From contig CAXMWX010000012.1 in the NCBI GenBank assembly GCA_963422205.2, positions 32,001 through 96,000 of the forward strand: a stretch of 64,000 nucleotides of DNA, written 5' to 3'. Below the pieces are notes generated by a model. The model worked only from the letters and a program-made list of their open reading frames with translations. It was not told where the DNA came from and did no database searches. Position 1 is the stretch's first letter. Every line of letters starts with the position of its first letter. This stretch comes from Gammaproteobacteria bacterium. Its GTDB lineage: Bacteria; Pseudomonadota; Gammaproteobacteria; Eutrophobiales; Eutrophobiaceae. Below are positions 63,510 to 64,000 of this stretch, piece by piece. A program made the translations under genes and the position numbers.

Positions 63510-64000
63510 ATGCGCTTACGCACAGCACTGGCCATCACGATGGCAAAACCACTTTTTATCATCGCCACACTCACATCAGTCGTGCCATCGATCATGCCCG
63601 TGATCGCACAAGCACAAAGCGCCGGGGCGCTGGAGGAGATTTTTGTGACCGCCACCCGCCGTGGCGAGACCGATATCCAGACCACGCCAATTGCCGTCAC
63701 TGCGGTCAGCAGCGCCGACTTTGACAAATTATTCGCCCAGGATATTGGCGAGATTGCCACGTATGTGCCGAACTTTTCCGCCGCCACGGTCACTGGCTTT
63801 AATGCCGCCTCTTTCGCCATGCGCGGTGCTGCCGAGACTGACATCATTGTTTATTTCGATCCGAAGGTGGGCGTTCTGGTTGATGACTTTGTCGTCCCCC
63901 ATGTACAAACGCAGCTACTGGAGCCGTTTGATATTGAGACCATTGAGGTATTGCGCGGACCACAAGGCACCTTGTTCGGCAAGAACACCACGGCCGGGGC
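63510..64000 (+). CDS. TonB-dependent receptor (5' part, truncated by window end)
   Basis: Signal peptide, LEEIFVTATRR TonB box, IETIEVLRGPQGTLFGKNTTAG. Confidence 0.92.
   Translation, partial: MRLRTALAITMAKPLFIIATLTSVVPSIMPVIAQAQSAGALEEIFVTATRRGETDIQTTPIAVTAVSSADFDKLFAQDIGEIATYVPNFSAATVTGFNAASFAMRGAAETDIIVYFDPKVGVLVDDFVVPHVQTQLLEPFDIETIEVLRGPQGTLFGKNTTAG

Overview
Gammaproteobacterial-type chromosomal window. No rRNA, tRNA, CRISPR array, integrase or transposase was recognised. It has four blocks. (1) 1-16 kb, housekeeping: cysB-tauE, a SoxH-like MBL hydrolase, tesB, ETF-QO, a six-gene TtpB/TtpC/ExbB/ExbD/TonB/TPR energy-transducer operon, a phosphotransferase, a crotonase, AbgT and a PilW-like TPR protein. 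(2) 16-29 kb, a minus-strand uptake/catabolism cluster: TonB-dependent receptor, DUF819, KdgK, NSS symporter, ManD, phytoene-desaturase-family FAD oxidoreductase, formamidase-like C-N hydrolase, a small membrane protein and a ThDP enzyme. (3) 29.6-38.8 kb, an accessory stretch: AT-rich orphans, a decayed marR, a frameshifted hisC-like gene and a Csu/spore-coat-U chaperone-usher pilus locus. The pilus locus carries a 20-bp tandem repeat in a pilin leader and a TTGTAACAG array. All frameshifts seen in the window cluster here. (4) 39.8-64 kb, an uncharacterised catabolic island: three Rieske oxygenase alpha subunits, one Rieske ferredoxin, an AcoAB-like complex with E2, SDRs, CoA ligase/transferase, acyl-CoA dehydrogenase, an HMGS-like/DUF35 fusion plus thiolase (PhlABC-like architecture), a chemoreceptor and a TBDR. 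A palindromic motif AAACAG-N6-CTGTTT occurs in four of its promoter regions, probably the operator of the local TetR. All calls come from reading motifs by eye; no database search was run.
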